NCBI GenBank assembly: GCA_031431875.1
Contig: JANPEF010000028.1
Coordinates: 1-64,000, forward strand
Source of the DNA: Candidatus Eiseniibacteriota bacterium
Lineage (GTDB): Bacteria > Eisenbacteria > RBG-16-71-46 > DASYSL01
DNA: 64,000 nucleotides
Direction of reading: 5' to 3'
In this document: positions 44,881 to 58,307 of the stretch, in pieces
How the letters are laid out: each line of letters starts with the position of its first letter
Numbering within the stretch: position 1 is the stretch's first letter
Notes under the pieces: model-generated
Seen by the model: only the letters and a program-made list of their open reading frames with translations
Databases searched by the model: none
Told to the model about the DNA's origin: nothing
Translations under genes and position numbers: made by a program

Positions 44881-45624
44881 ATGCGGGTTCGTTCCTGGAT
44901 GGTCGGGCAGGTGCTTGGGGCGGTGTTGCTCGTGGTCGGGGCGGCCACTCCGGCCCGGTCCCTCGCTGCGCCGGCCGCACCCGCCGAGTCGGACGCCCCG
45001 GTCGCCGTGCCCGCTTCGCCGAAGGACCCCCTCCGCGAACTCGCCGTCACCCTGCGACACCTCGCTCCCGGCCTTGATCCGCGTGCCATCGAGCGCGCGC
45101 TCGACGCGGCTCGGCTGGCGCGCGCCCAGGGCGTCGAGGTGCGCTCGAGCCTCCTCACCGTGATCGACTACACGCGTCCATCGTGGCAGCCTCGACTGTG
45201 GGTGTTCGACACGGCGATGCCCCGCCTGCTGTTCTGCGATCGCGTTGCGCACGGTGCGAACACGGGCGAGGCCTGGGCGCAGCACTTTTCGAACCGCATC
45301 GGCAGTCGGCAGACGAGCCTGGGCCTGTTCCTCACGGGCGATCCCTACGTGGGGGACAACGGGTATTCGCTGCGCCTGCTCGGTCTCGATCGCGAGCTCA
45401 ACTCGCACGCCTTCGAGCGCGCCGTCGTGATGCACGGCGCGCCGTACGTGAGCGACGCATTCGTGCGCGAGCACGGCCGCATCGGTCGCTCGTGGGGCTG
45501 CCCCGCGGTGTCGAAGGAATTGGCCAAGCCGCTCATCGACACGATCCGGGGCGGGAGCCTCGTGTACGCGTATTACGACGGGTCCCCATCGGGCGATCCC
45601 GAGAGGACACTCACCGCCAGGTAG
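44881..45624 (+). CDS. Murein L,D-transpeptidase catalytic-domain protein (YkuD_2)
   Basis: Signal peptide, IDYTRPS, VAHG, VMHGAPY, GRSWGCPAV. Confidence 0.9.
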   Translation: MRVRSWMVGQVLGAVLLVVGAATPARSLAAPAAPAESDAPVAVPASPKDPLRELAVTLRHLAPGLDPRAIERALDAARLARAQGVEVRSSLLTVIDYTRPSWQPRLWVFDTAMPRLLFCDRVAHGANTGEAWAQHFSNRIGSRQTSLGLFLTGDPYVGDNGYSLRLLGLDRELNSHAFERAVVMHGAPYVSDAFVREHGRIGRSWGCPAVSKELAKPLIDTIRGGSLVYAYYDGSPSGDPERTLTAR

Positions 45625-45773
45625 TGCTGCGTCCGCCTCGGGTCGGATCCCCACCCCGGATTCAGCGTCGTGCCCGCCTCCGCGCAGCTCAATCCGCCAT
45701 TGACTGACTCGGTCCATGACGTACTCGCGAAACTCGAGCGCACGGTCTACGAATCGAAAGTGAGGGACCTGTC

Positions 45774-46064
45774 ATGACGTCGATTCCTGAACTCACGCGT
45801 GCCCGGCTCGCGCGAGCGATTCCCGCGCGCGTACGCCGGCGGCTCATGCTCGGTCAGTTCGACTCGGTCGAAGACGTCGCCGCACTCCGGCACTTTGTCG
45901 GCCTGACCCAGATTCAGTTCGCCAAGGCCATGGGGATCAGCGTGCATACGCTCCGGAACTGGGAACAGGGCCGTCGGCGGCCCGAGGGTCCCGCCCTGGC
46001 ACTCCTGCGCATCGCCGCACGGCACCCGCGAATCATTCGCCAGAACATCGAGTCCGCAGCATGA
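45774..46064 (+). CDS. XRE/HTH antitoxin-like protein
   Basis: [37 protein letters not shown]. Confidence 0.8.
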   Translation: MTSIPELTRARLARAIPARVRRRLMLGQFDSVEDVAALRHFVGLTQIQFAKAMGISVHTLRNWEQGRRRPEGPALALLRIAARHPRIIRQNIESAA

Positions 46065-46459
46065 CCTCGCGCGCCACCGGCACGTTCACCGTCGCGATGA
46101 AGCCGCTCTCCGATCCGGACGAGACTCCGGGCACGAAACTCGGCCGGATGTCGCTCGCCAAGACGTTTGCGGGCGACCTGGTCGCCACGAGCGCGGGCGA
46201 GATGCTGACCGCGATGTCGGAAACGAAGGGCTCGGCCGGCTACGTTGCGATCGAGCGCGTGACCGGGACGCTCGCCGGGCGCGTCGGCAACTTCGTGTTC
46301 CAGCACTCCTCGGTGATGGATCGCGGCGTGCCCACGCAGTCGATCCGTGTCGTGCCCGATTCGGGCTCCGGAGCGCTGGTCGGGCTCGTGGGTTCGTTCG
46401 TCATCGAGATGGTGGAGAAGCAGCACCACTACGTGTTCGAGTACACGCTGCCGGACTGA
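46061..46459 (+). CDS. DUF3224 family protein
   Basis: [35 protein letters not shown]. Confidence 0.85.
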   Translation: MTSRATGTFTVAMKPLSDPDETPGTKLGRMSLAKTFAGDLVATSAGEMLTAMSETKGSAGYVAIERVTGTLAGRVGNFVFQHSSVMDRGVPTQSIRVVPDSGSGALVGLVGSFVIEMVEKQHHYVFEYTLPD

Positions 46460-46531
46460 CGTCAGGTCAGACGTGCCCGATCCACTGCTCGAGGATCGAC
46501 GCGAACGCGCCCTCCTGTGCCTCGATGGTCC

Positions 46532-47287
46532 TCACGCTTCGGCGTCGTCGACGACTTCGCACTCCCAGCCGTCGTAGGTCCCGCCGTGGCGGGCGGCGAG
46601 GTGGAACAGCGGGAGTGTCACGTCGTCGATCGTCTCGTAGCCGGGGACGTCGCTGCGCCACACCTGGGCGCCGTGGTCCGGGAGGTCGGCCTCGGGCTCG
46701 ATCGCGACGCGGACGGCGTAGCCCAGCTCCGCGGCATCGGCGACGAACGAATCGCGCTGTGCAGCGTCGGCGAAGTAGGCCCAGTGATCGATCTCGCGCG
46801 GCGCGGTGAGCGCGTCGCCGCCTTCCTCCAGCGACTCGCAGACGCGGCGATTCTCGATGCGCTGGCGGTCCTCGTCGCCGGGGGCGAGGTACCCGAGATA
46901 CGTCGACCAGTCGGCATCGAGGCGCGTGTCGGCGTCGTAATCGTAGGCGGGAAACGATTGCATCGCCTCGTCGACGCGCGACTTCCAGCCCTCGGCGGCG
47001 GCGGTGTAGAAGTAGAAGTCGCGGGCGCCGGCGGTGGTGCAGCGACCCACGTAGCCGGTGTGCGGGCCGACGAGCGTGTTGTCGAGCGAGTCCTCGATCA
47101 TCGCCAGGGTCTTCGCTTCGCCGCCGCTCGAGAGCCCCTCGGGGGTGGCGTCGTTGAGGACCACGCGCACGTAGCCGAGGTAGGGCAGGCTCGCCGAGGG
47201 CGCGAACTCCTGTGCGCCCAGGTCGACGAACGTCGAAGCGGGTCGATCGTCGATACGGCAGAAGTAGAAATCCCAGTCGTCGGTCAT
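46532..47287 (-). CDS. DUF695 + RraB-like domain protein
   Basis: WDFY N-terminus, REIDHWAYF, GTYDGWEC C-terminus. Confidence 0.75.
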   Translation of the reverse strand: MTDDWDFYFCRIDDRPASTFVDLGAQEFAPSASLPYLGYVRVVLNDATPEGLSSGGEAKTLAMIEDSLDNTLVGPHTGYVGRCTTAGARDFYFYTAAAEGWKSRVDEAMQSFPAYDYDADTRLDADWSTYLGYLAPGDEDRQRIENRRVCESLEEGGDALTAPREIDHWAYFADAAQRDSFVADAAELGYAVRVAIEPEADLPDHGAQVWRSDVPGYETIDDVTLPLFHLAARHGGTYDGWECEVVDDAEA

Positions 47288-47340
47288 CGGCGCCTCCCGG
47301 GCCATCCTAGTCCGGGTGGGGCGTTCGTTCCACCCCGGCT

Positions 47341-48063
47341 CTAGCCGATCGTGAACTCGGCCCCGACCGGGATCATGTGGAGGCGGTGGGCGAGGGCCAT
47401 GGAGGCCCCGTTCGTCCACTCGGTGCTGTAGCAGGGGACCCGGCCCTCGCGCCAGGCCTGCTCCGCCCAGGCGGCCACGACTGCGGCGCCATGGCCGCGC
47501 CCGCGGTGGGCCTCGAGCGTGTCGACGCCGGCCTCGAGCGCGAATCGCGAGCGGCGGACGGTTCGGCAGATCGACACGGCCTTGCCGTCGACGAGCCGTG
47601 CGGCGCACGGGGCGAGGGCCGCGAGATGTCGCTGCGTATGCGGGAACGAGTCGGCGAGCGTGGCGCGTCGCGCGGCGTCGAGAAGCACGACGTCCGGATC
47701 CTGCGGCAGGCCACGCGGCACCCGGTAGATCGGGCCACTCTTGCGGGCGGCCCCGTCGCCCCACGTCGCGGCGAGCGCCTCGCCGGCATCGGCGAACTGT
47801 TCCGGAGATTCGAACAGCGCGTCCGACAGGGCCTCGAGCACGGCCGTCGCGTGCTCGACGCGCTCGGCGGAGACGTCGTGGCGAAATGCGTAGACGAGGA
47901 GGTCCGCGCCCAGGCACGCGTACAGGCTGGGCGCGTTCCGGTCGGCGGGATCCTCGGGCAGGTTCTCGCCCACGAGGCGCCCGTTCGCGTCGAGCCGGTA
48001 GCGCAGCTCGATCCGCTGGCGCAGCAGGATCTGGTCGATCGAGGCGGGGTCGACTGCGGTCAT
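47341..48063 (-). CDS. GNAT family acetyltransferase
   Basis: EAGVDTLEAHRGRGHG, YSTEWTNGASMALA. Confidence 0.85.
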   Translation of the reverse strand: MTAVDPASIDQILLRQRIELRYRLDANGRLVGENLPEDPADRNAPSLYACLGADLLVYAFRHDVSAERVEHATAVLEALSDALFESPEQFADAGEALAATWGDGAARKSGPIYRVPRGLPQDPDVVLLDAARRATLADSFPHTQRHLAALAPCAARLVDGKAVSICRTVRRSRFALEAGVDTLEAHRGRGHGAAVVAAWAEQAWREGRVPCYSTEWTNGASMALAHRLHMIPVGAEFTIG

Positions 48064-48473
48064 GCGCGGGGCTTCGCCAGCTTCCACCCGAGCCAGCCCA
48101 TCGGCAGGTATGCCCCGACCAGGTCGAGCGCGATGAACCACGTGGGCGCGGGCAGCATGAAGGCGGCGGCGATGCCCCCGCACAGGAACGCGACGCCGAT
48201 GCCGAGCGCGATCGGTAGCTTCGCCGAAGCCGCGAACCGAGCGGCGGCGAACGCCCCGGCGAGCGTGCCCAGGGCATGGGCGAGGAACGGGGGGAGGAAG
48301 TGCACCGGCTGGAACAGGTGCATGCCGGCCTTCAAGCTCTCCAGGTTCGACGTGTCGACCCCGGGCGGCGGGGGCACGAGGGATCCGCCGGCCATGACGA
48401 TGCCCATGTTGACGAAGCTGCCGACGACGAGGCCGGCGAGCACCGCGAGGACGTTGCGCAGGATCGGGTTCAT
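48060..48473 (-). CDS. Conserved 4-TM membrane protein
   Basis: Hydrophobic segments; PFLAHALGT, DLVGAYLPM. Confidence 0.8.
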   Translation of the reverse strand: MNPILRNVLAVLAGLVVGSFVNMGIVMAGGSLVPPPPGVDTSNLESLKAGMHLFQPVHFLPPFLAHALGTLAGAFAAARFAASAKLPIALGIGVAFLCGGIAAAFMLPAPTWFIALDLVGAYLPMGWLGWKLAKPRA

Positions 48474-48616
48474 GTCCGGTCTCCAGTCGGGAGTTCAGCT
48501 TCAGGGCGGTCAATCGAAGGACCGAACCATAGCACTCGTGGAACCCGGGGCCGAAGGTGCTAGTCTCGGGCGCAACCGTTCGTTCCGTACCGCACTCGAA
48601 CCACAGGTGGTGCTCC

Positions 48617-48748
48617 ATGGGCGACAAGTCCCCGAAGTCGAAAGAACGCGAGAAGAAGCAGCAGGCAGCGCAGAAGAACCAGAAGCAGAGCGCGGCCAAG
48701 ACCAAGTCGGCCCCGCCGGCGGGCAAGCCGGCCAAGGGCGGCAAGTAG
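48617..48748 (+). CDS. Small Lys/Gln-rich basic protein (43 aa)
   Basis: AGGTGG Shine-Dalgarno, GC3-rich codons, MGDKSPKSKEREKKQ..., followed by a hairpin. Confidence 0.6.
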   Translation: MGDKSPKSKEREKKQQAAQKNQKQSAAKTKSAPPAGKPAKGGK

Positions 48749-48812
48749 CTCGCGGGGCGAGTCGGGGGGAGTCCGCCCGGATTCCCCCGGAACCCCCCTC
48801 CCCGCAAGGGGA

Positions 48813-48842
48813 TTGACAGCCGCGCCGGGGGACCGCTAGTTT
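48813..48842 (+). promoter_or_regulatory. sigma70-type promoter of the rho operon
   Basis: TTGACA-N18-TAGTTT, followed by a ~270-nt C-rich leader. Confidence 0.55.
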
Positions 48843-49113
48843 CGTGTCTGACCGGTAGACGGCCGGTGCGACTCCGTAGTTTTCAGCCCCTCCGATCCCT
48901 TCTTTCCAGCACCCCGAACGGAGCAGGAATCGCTCGATTTCCGGGCGTTGTCGCGGAATACGGTCCCGCACCCCACCCGAAACAGGTCCACCGATCCACG
49001 GCTCGCCACCCGGCGAGCGTCCCGGGAAGACGGCCCGGACCCTCCCCGATTCACCTGCGCCCGCCCCGCGGGCCCCGGTGAACCGGCGGACCCCCAAAGG
49101 AGCAAGTCCGCAC

Positions 49114-50361
<1,248 letters not shown>

Positions 50362-50370
50362 GAGGACGCG

Positions 50371-50661
50371 ATGAAGGACATCCATCCGCAGTACGAGTCG
50401 TGCACGATCCTGTGCACCGGTTGCAGCACGTCCTACGAGACGCGCTCGACCAACGTCAAGGGCTACCACGTGGAAATCTGCTCGGCCTGCCACCCGTTCT
50501 TCACGGGCAAGCAGCGCCTGCTGGATACCGCGGGTCGCGTCGAGCGTTTCAATCGCAAGTACCGCAAGGGCGAGACCGTCGAGGCGCTGGCTGCGGCTGC
50601 GGCTGCGGCAGCGGCGGCGTCGGACGCGTCGGCTCCGTCGGCTCCGGCCGAGAACGCATAA
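50371..50661 (+). CDS. rpmE: 50S ribosomal protein L31 (Zn-binding type) with Ala-rich tail
   Basis: [27 protein letters not shown]. Confidence 0.95.
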   Translation: MKDIHPQYESCTILCTGCSTSYETRSTNVKGYHVEICSACHPFFTGKQRLLDTAGRVERFNRKYRKGETVEALAAAAAAAAAASDASAPSAPAENA

Positions 50662-50676
50662 GAACGCCTCGCGCCC

Positions 50677-51762
50677 GTGTCGTTGCATGATGCGCTCACC
50701 CGGGTCGAGGCACGCTTCCAGGAGCTGACCGCCGCATTGTCGGACCCGGCGGTGCACGGCAATCCGTCCGAGCTCAAGCGCCTGGCCAAGGAACGCTCGT
50801 CGCTCGAGGCGCTGATCGCCGCGGCGCGCGAGCTGCGCTCGGTCGAGCAGCAGATCGGGGACGACGAGGCGATCGTGCGCTCCGGGGACGCCGACCTGCT
50901 CGCCCTGGCCGAGGCCGAGCTGCCCGGGCTTTACACCCGCAAGGATGAGCTCGAGGCGCGCGTGCGCACGCTGCTCCTGCCGCGCGACCCGAACGACGAC
51001 AAGAGCGTCATCCTCGAGATTCGCGCCGGCACCGGCGGGGAAGAGGCGGCGCTGTTCGCCGGTGAGATCTTCCGCATGTACCAGCGCTACGCCGAGCGGA
51101 TGGGCTGGAAGGTCGAGATTCTCTCGGCTTCGCCCGCCGAGATGGGCGGCATGCGGGAAGTCGTCGCCGCGATCGAGGGCGACGGCGCCTACTCCAAGCT
51201 GAAGTGGGAATCCGGCGTGCACCGGGTCCAGCGCGTGCCCGCAACCGAGGCGCAGGGGCGCATCCACACGTCGGCCGCCACGGTCGCCGTCCTGCCCGAG
51301 GCCGAGGACATCGACATCGAGATCAAGGACGACGACATCGTGGTCGACGTCTACCGCTCGAGCGGCAAGGGCGGCCAGGGCGTGAACACCACCGACTCGG
51401 CCGTGCGCATCCACCACCTGCCGTCGGGGCTGCTGGTGACCTGCCAGGACGAGCGTTCGCAGATCAAGAACAAGGCGCGGGCGATGAAGGTCCTCCGCTC
51501 GCGGCTGCTCGACCTCAAGATCCAGAAGGAAGCCGAGGCGCGCTCGCGCGCCCGCAACGCGCAGATCTCGACCGGCGATCGCTCGGCCAAGATCCGCACG
51601 TACAACTTTCCGCAGGGCCGCGTCACCGATCATCGGATCGGGCTCACGCTCTACAAGATCGACGACGTGCTGCTGGGCAACATCGATGCGCTGATCGACG
51701 GGATGATCGCGGCCGACGCCGCCGAGCGGTTGCGCGAGGCGGGGGAGGACACGGCGGCGTGA
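50677..51762 (+). CDS. prfA: Peptide chain release factor 1
   Basis: GGQ, RVPATE (PxT), GDRSAKIRTYNFPQ. Confidence 0.98.
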   Translation: MSLHDALTRVEARFQELTAALSDPAVHGNPSELKRLAKERSSLEALIAAARELRSVEQQIGDDEAIVRSGDADLLALAEAELPGLYTRKDELEARVRTLLLPRDPNDDKSVILEIRAGTGGEEAALFAGEIFRMYQRYAERMGWKVEILSASPAEMGGMREVVAAIEGDGAYSKLKWESGVHRVQRVPATEAQGRIHTSAATVAVLPEAEDIDIEIKDDDIVVDVYRSSGKGGQGVNTTDSAVRIHHLPSGLLVTCQDERSQIKNKARAMKVLRSRLLDLKIQKEAEARSRARNAQISTGDRSAKIRTYNFPQGRVTDHRIGLTLYKIDDVLLGNIDALIDGMIAADAAERLREAGEDTAA

Positions 51763-52633
51763 CCGTCCGCCAGGCCCTCGACGGGGCCGCCCGGGGACTC
51801 GCGCGAGCGGGAGAGCACGACGGCCGGGGAGAAGCGGAAATCCTCCTCGGCCGCCTGCTTTTCGCCGGGAGGGCCGACCTGTACCTGCGCGGCGACGCCG
51901 AGTTCGACACCGGTGCGGCGCGCACGCTGGCACTCTGGATCCTGCGCCGGCAGGGTGGCGAACCCCTGCAGTACATCACCGGCGAGGCGCCGTACCGCGA
52001 CCTTGTCCTCGCAGTCGGCCCCGGTGTGTTCATCCCGCGGCCCGAGACCGAGCTGCTGGTCGACGTGGCGCTGGCGTTCCTGCGCGGCCGGCCGGCCGCA
52101 GCCCCTCGCCCACGCGTGCTCGAGTGCTGCACCGGCAGCGGCGCGATCGCGCTGGCCGTCGCCACCGAGCGCCCCGACGCGCTGGTCGTGGCGACCGAAC
52201 TGTCGCCGCGGGCGCTGGCGTTCGCGGCGCGGAACCGGGGACGGCTGACGCCCGCCGAGGCCGCGCGCGTCCACCTGGTGCAGGGCGACCTGGCGACCGC
52301 GCTGGTCGGGCCGTTCGACGTTCTGCTCGCCAACCCGCCCTACATCGCCGAGTCCGAGCGGCCCGACCTTCCCCCCGATGTCCTCGACCACGAGCCGCAC
52401 CTGGCGCTGTTCGCCGCGCACGATGGGATGGCGATCGTCGAGCGGCTGATCGGCGAGGGAGCAGGCCTGGTCGGCCCCGGCGGGCTGCTGGCGCTTGAAC
52501 TGGGTGCGACGCAGGGCGATACTGCGCTCACGCGTCTGGCCGCCGATCCGCGTTGGGTCGGCGGCGAGGTGCGCAAGGACCTCGCGGGCCGCTCGCGCAT
52601 GCTGATCGCCCGCCGATCACCGGAAGGGACGCC

Positions 52634-52637
<4 letters not shown>
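51759..52637 (+). CDS. prmC: Release factor glutamine methyltransferase
   Basis: GEPLQYI, PRPETE, CTGSGAIA, NPPY. Confidence 0.95.
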
Positions 52638-53947
<1,310 letters not shown>

Positions 53948-53978
53948 GTAACTGCCGGCCCGTTTCGGAGGCCTTGCG

Positions 53979-54575
53979 ATGACCGATTCGCAGGATGGCG
54001 ACGGCGGTGACCCACTCGCTCCATCGCAGGCCATCGAGTTCTCCACGTTCGGATTGCACATCTCGCCCGCCCGCCTCGTCCTGATGACGCTCGCGACCAT
54101 GAGCCTGTACCAGTTCTACTGGCAGTACCAGAGCTGGAGCGAGATCAAGCGCCGCCGTCACCTCTCCATACGGCCCCTGTGGCGCGCAATCTTCGGTTAC
54201 TTCTGGATGTACCCGCTGTTGAAGAGCCTGAACCGGGATCGGCAGGCCCGCGCCATCATCCCGGGCACCTATGCCGCCGGGGGTCTCGCGGCCGGATGGA
54301 TCCTCCTCAACCTGTGCAGCACGGTCGTCTCGCGCATCGATGACGTCGCCATGTCCTTCCTCGCCGTGGGGCTCAGTGTTGCGAGTGTCTGCTTCCTCCT
54401 TCCCGTTCAGACTTTCGTCAACGCTGTCCATGAGCAGGTCGCCCCGCGAGCCGCTCCTCTCGGATGGACCCGAGGGCAGTGGATCCTCTTGGCCGTGGGG
54501 CTTCTCCTCTGGGCACTCGCCCTTCTGGGGCTGAGTCTCGCGCCCCGGGAGACGGGCCCGATTGCGCGCTGGTGA
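53979..54575 (+). CDS. Hypothetical membrane protein (DUF4234-like)
   Basis: [11 protein letters not shown] motif, 4-5 TMs, somewhat lower GC. Confidence 0.65.
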   Translation: MTDSQDGDGGDPLAPSQAIEFSTFGLHISPARLVLMTLATMSLYQFYWQYQSWSEIKRRRHLSIRPLWRAIFGYFWMYPLLKSLNRDRQARAIIPGTYAAGGLAAGWILLNLCSTVVSRIDDVAMSFLAVGLSVASVCFLLPVQTFVNAVHEQVAPRAAPLGWTRGQWILLAVGLLLWALALLGLSLAPRETGPIARW

Positions 54576-54579
54576 GCCG

Positions 54580-54687
54580 ATGAAGCTCCTCGCCGTCATC
54601 GGCACCGCCGGACACATCGATCACGGGAAGACCGCGCTCGTCCGCCGCATGACGGGCGTCGAGAGCGATCGCCTCAAGAGAGAGATC
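54580..54687 (+). pseudogene. Truncated duplicate of the selB 5' end
   Basis: Encodes [35 protein letters not shown], then similarity is lost; 54589-54678 matches 55603-55692 at 84/90 nt. Confidence 0.85.
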
Positions 54688-54704
54688 GGGTGCGGCCCGG
54701 CGGC

Positions 54705-55514
54705 TCACTCGTCCGGCTGGGGCTCCAGGTCCCAATCCAGCGAGAACCTGAAATCGGTGTCGGGCTCCCAGTCCGTGCGCTTCCATTCCAATCCATCGAA
54801 CGTCCAGCGTGCATCCGGCGGGACGATGCCCACGCGGACCGCGTAGTCGTCGCGATTGATCGCGCGGTCGCGCAGCAGACTCGTGACCATCGTCCCGAGG
54901 TGAATCCGGAACGTGGCGCGGCCGATCGTGCCGGCCCACAGTGCCGCGGGACGGGCAAAGTAGTCGAAGTGGCGGTTGTCGGCGGACCCTTCCGAGCCGC
55001 CCGACCACTCGATCACATACTCGATCTCGACGTGCGTGGTCTCCCCTCCGGGAATCGAGACGTTCCACACCGGGAGCGAATCGGGGTCGGCCATCTCGAA
55101 GCGAGCCCATTGCGCGCTGTCGGCGCGTTCCATGCGCACGGGGACGTCCTGGCCGCGGACGCGCACGCGCATGCCGGAGGGGACTCCGGGCCGGGGCGCC
55201 CAGCTCGCCGCGCTCGCCCCGACGAACGACATGGCGAAGCTGCGGGTTCGGCCCGAGAGGTTCACGAGCCGGTAGAAGCACTCCGCCCGACCTGTCTCGT
55301 AGTCGTCCGTGAGCGGGAGATGCAGGTCGACCGATTCCGAGAGGAGGCGGACGTCCGGGTTGGCGAGCGGGACGATGCTCCCGCCGTTGAATCCGATCGT
55401 GGGTCCGTTGGCGTGTCCGCTCGATGCCGGCAGGTGCACCAGCACGGCGACGAGGGCAAGACCGCACGCACGAGCGTGCAGGCGGACGTGGTGGGATCGG
55501 GGTAGGATGCGCAT
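54705..55514 (-). CDS. Exported DUF4424-like protein
   Basis: Signal peptide ending [30 protein letters not shown]. Confidence 0.7.
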   Translation of the reverse strand: MRILPRSHHVRLHARACGLALVAVLVHLPASSGHANGPTIGFNGGSIVPLANPDVRLLSESVDLHLPLTDDYETGRAECFYRLVNLSGRTRSFAMSFVGASAASWAPRPGVPSGMRVRVRGQDVPVRMERADSAQWARFEMADPDSLPVWNVSIPGGETTHVEIEYVIEWSGGSEGSADNRHFDYFARPAALWAGTIGRATFRIHLGTMVTSLLRDRAINRDDYAVRVGIVPPDARWTFDGLEWKRTDWEPDTDFRFSLDWDLEPQPDE

Positions 55515-55584
55515 GCGCTCTCCGGACGCTCCGCGGGCACGGCACGATGACGGAGCGCGAGGAAGCTACACCCGGGGACTCCTG

Positions 55585-57504
<1,920 letters not shown>

Positions 57505-57528
<24 letters not shown>

Positions 57529-57780
57529 GCCGGGCACTTCGCTTGCCGCCAGCAATCCCGCGATGCTCAGGTCCTCATCGACATCCGGCCAGTGGATCCC
57601 CTCGCCCTGACCCAGCAACGTCCAGCGATTGCGAGATTCGGGAGTTGCGTTGAGGAGACGAGGAAACCAGACAAGCGGGACGCTCAGCGAACGTCCGTCC
57701 GCCAGCTCGACGGTCAATTCATCATCACTCACTCTGACCGCGCGCGCTCGCGCGCTAGGAGTCGGAATCGAAGTACTCAT
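57505..57780 (-). CDS. DUF2442 family protein (putative antitoxin-like)
   Basis: LADGRSLSVPLVWFPRL, GIHWPDVDEDLS. Confidence 0.85.
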
Positions 57781-58000
57781 GCCAGGCGTCCTCCAACCGC
57801 TGTGCCTCCGTCTCCACAACCCGCTGAATCCTGCGAAGCTCTCCCGCCCCGAACCCGCTCGACGACGCGAGCTCCACGGGGCTCAGCCAGAACTTCGCCA
57901 GTGAATCATCACGCTCGACGTGGATGTGCGGGGGTTCTGTCCCCTCGTTGCTGAAGAAGAAGAGGCGGTAGGGGCCGATCCGCAGCACCGTCGGTGACAT
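57755..58000 (-). CDS. DUF4160 family protein (putative toxin-like)
   Basis: PTVLRIGPYRLFFFSNE, PPHIHV, AKFWL, WHEYF. Confidence 0.85.
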   Translation of the reverse strand: MSPTVLRIGPYRLFFFSNEGTEPPHIHVERDDSLAKFWLSPVELASSSGFGAGELRRIQRVVETEAQRLEDAWHEYFDSDS

Positions 58001-58044
58001 GCGAATGAGGATACCACGGCCGGCCATGCCTTGCGTTCGCCCCC

Positions 58045-58302
58045 TCAGGGAGTCCGGCGCATCTCCTCGCGGCCGAGCCGCCTCACCAGCCCGATCCCCG
58101 CGACCAGCGCCCACGTCCCCTCGAGCAGGACGAACGGCAGGAAGTGGATCATCCACGACGACCATCCGGCGAGGCACGCCCCGACGAAATTGAGCAGCAA
58201 GTAGGGGACGTCGTTGGCGGCCATGCGTCCGGCGAGGTTGAGCAGAAACGCGATGAGCATCAGGATCACGCCGACGAAGCCGACGATCGTGGGGAAATCC
58301 AT
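58045..58302 (-). CDS. Small 3-TM membrane protein (CBU_0592-like)
   Basis: GFVGVILMLIAF, YLLLNFVGA, PFVLLEGTW. Confidence 0.75.
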   Translation of the reverse strand: MDFPTIVGFVGVILMLIAFLLNLAGRMAANDVPYLLLNFVGACLAGWSSWMIHFLPFVLLEGTWALVAGIGLVRRLGREEMRRTP

Positions 58303-58307
58303 GCCGC

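Noticed and set aside
42239..48748. Run of small accessory genes resembling an integron cassette array
   Set aside because: No attC-like RYYYAAC...GTTRRRY repeats, mixed orientations, no integrase
50588..50648. GCTGCG short tandem repeat
   Set aside because: It simply encodes the Ala-rich tail of L31
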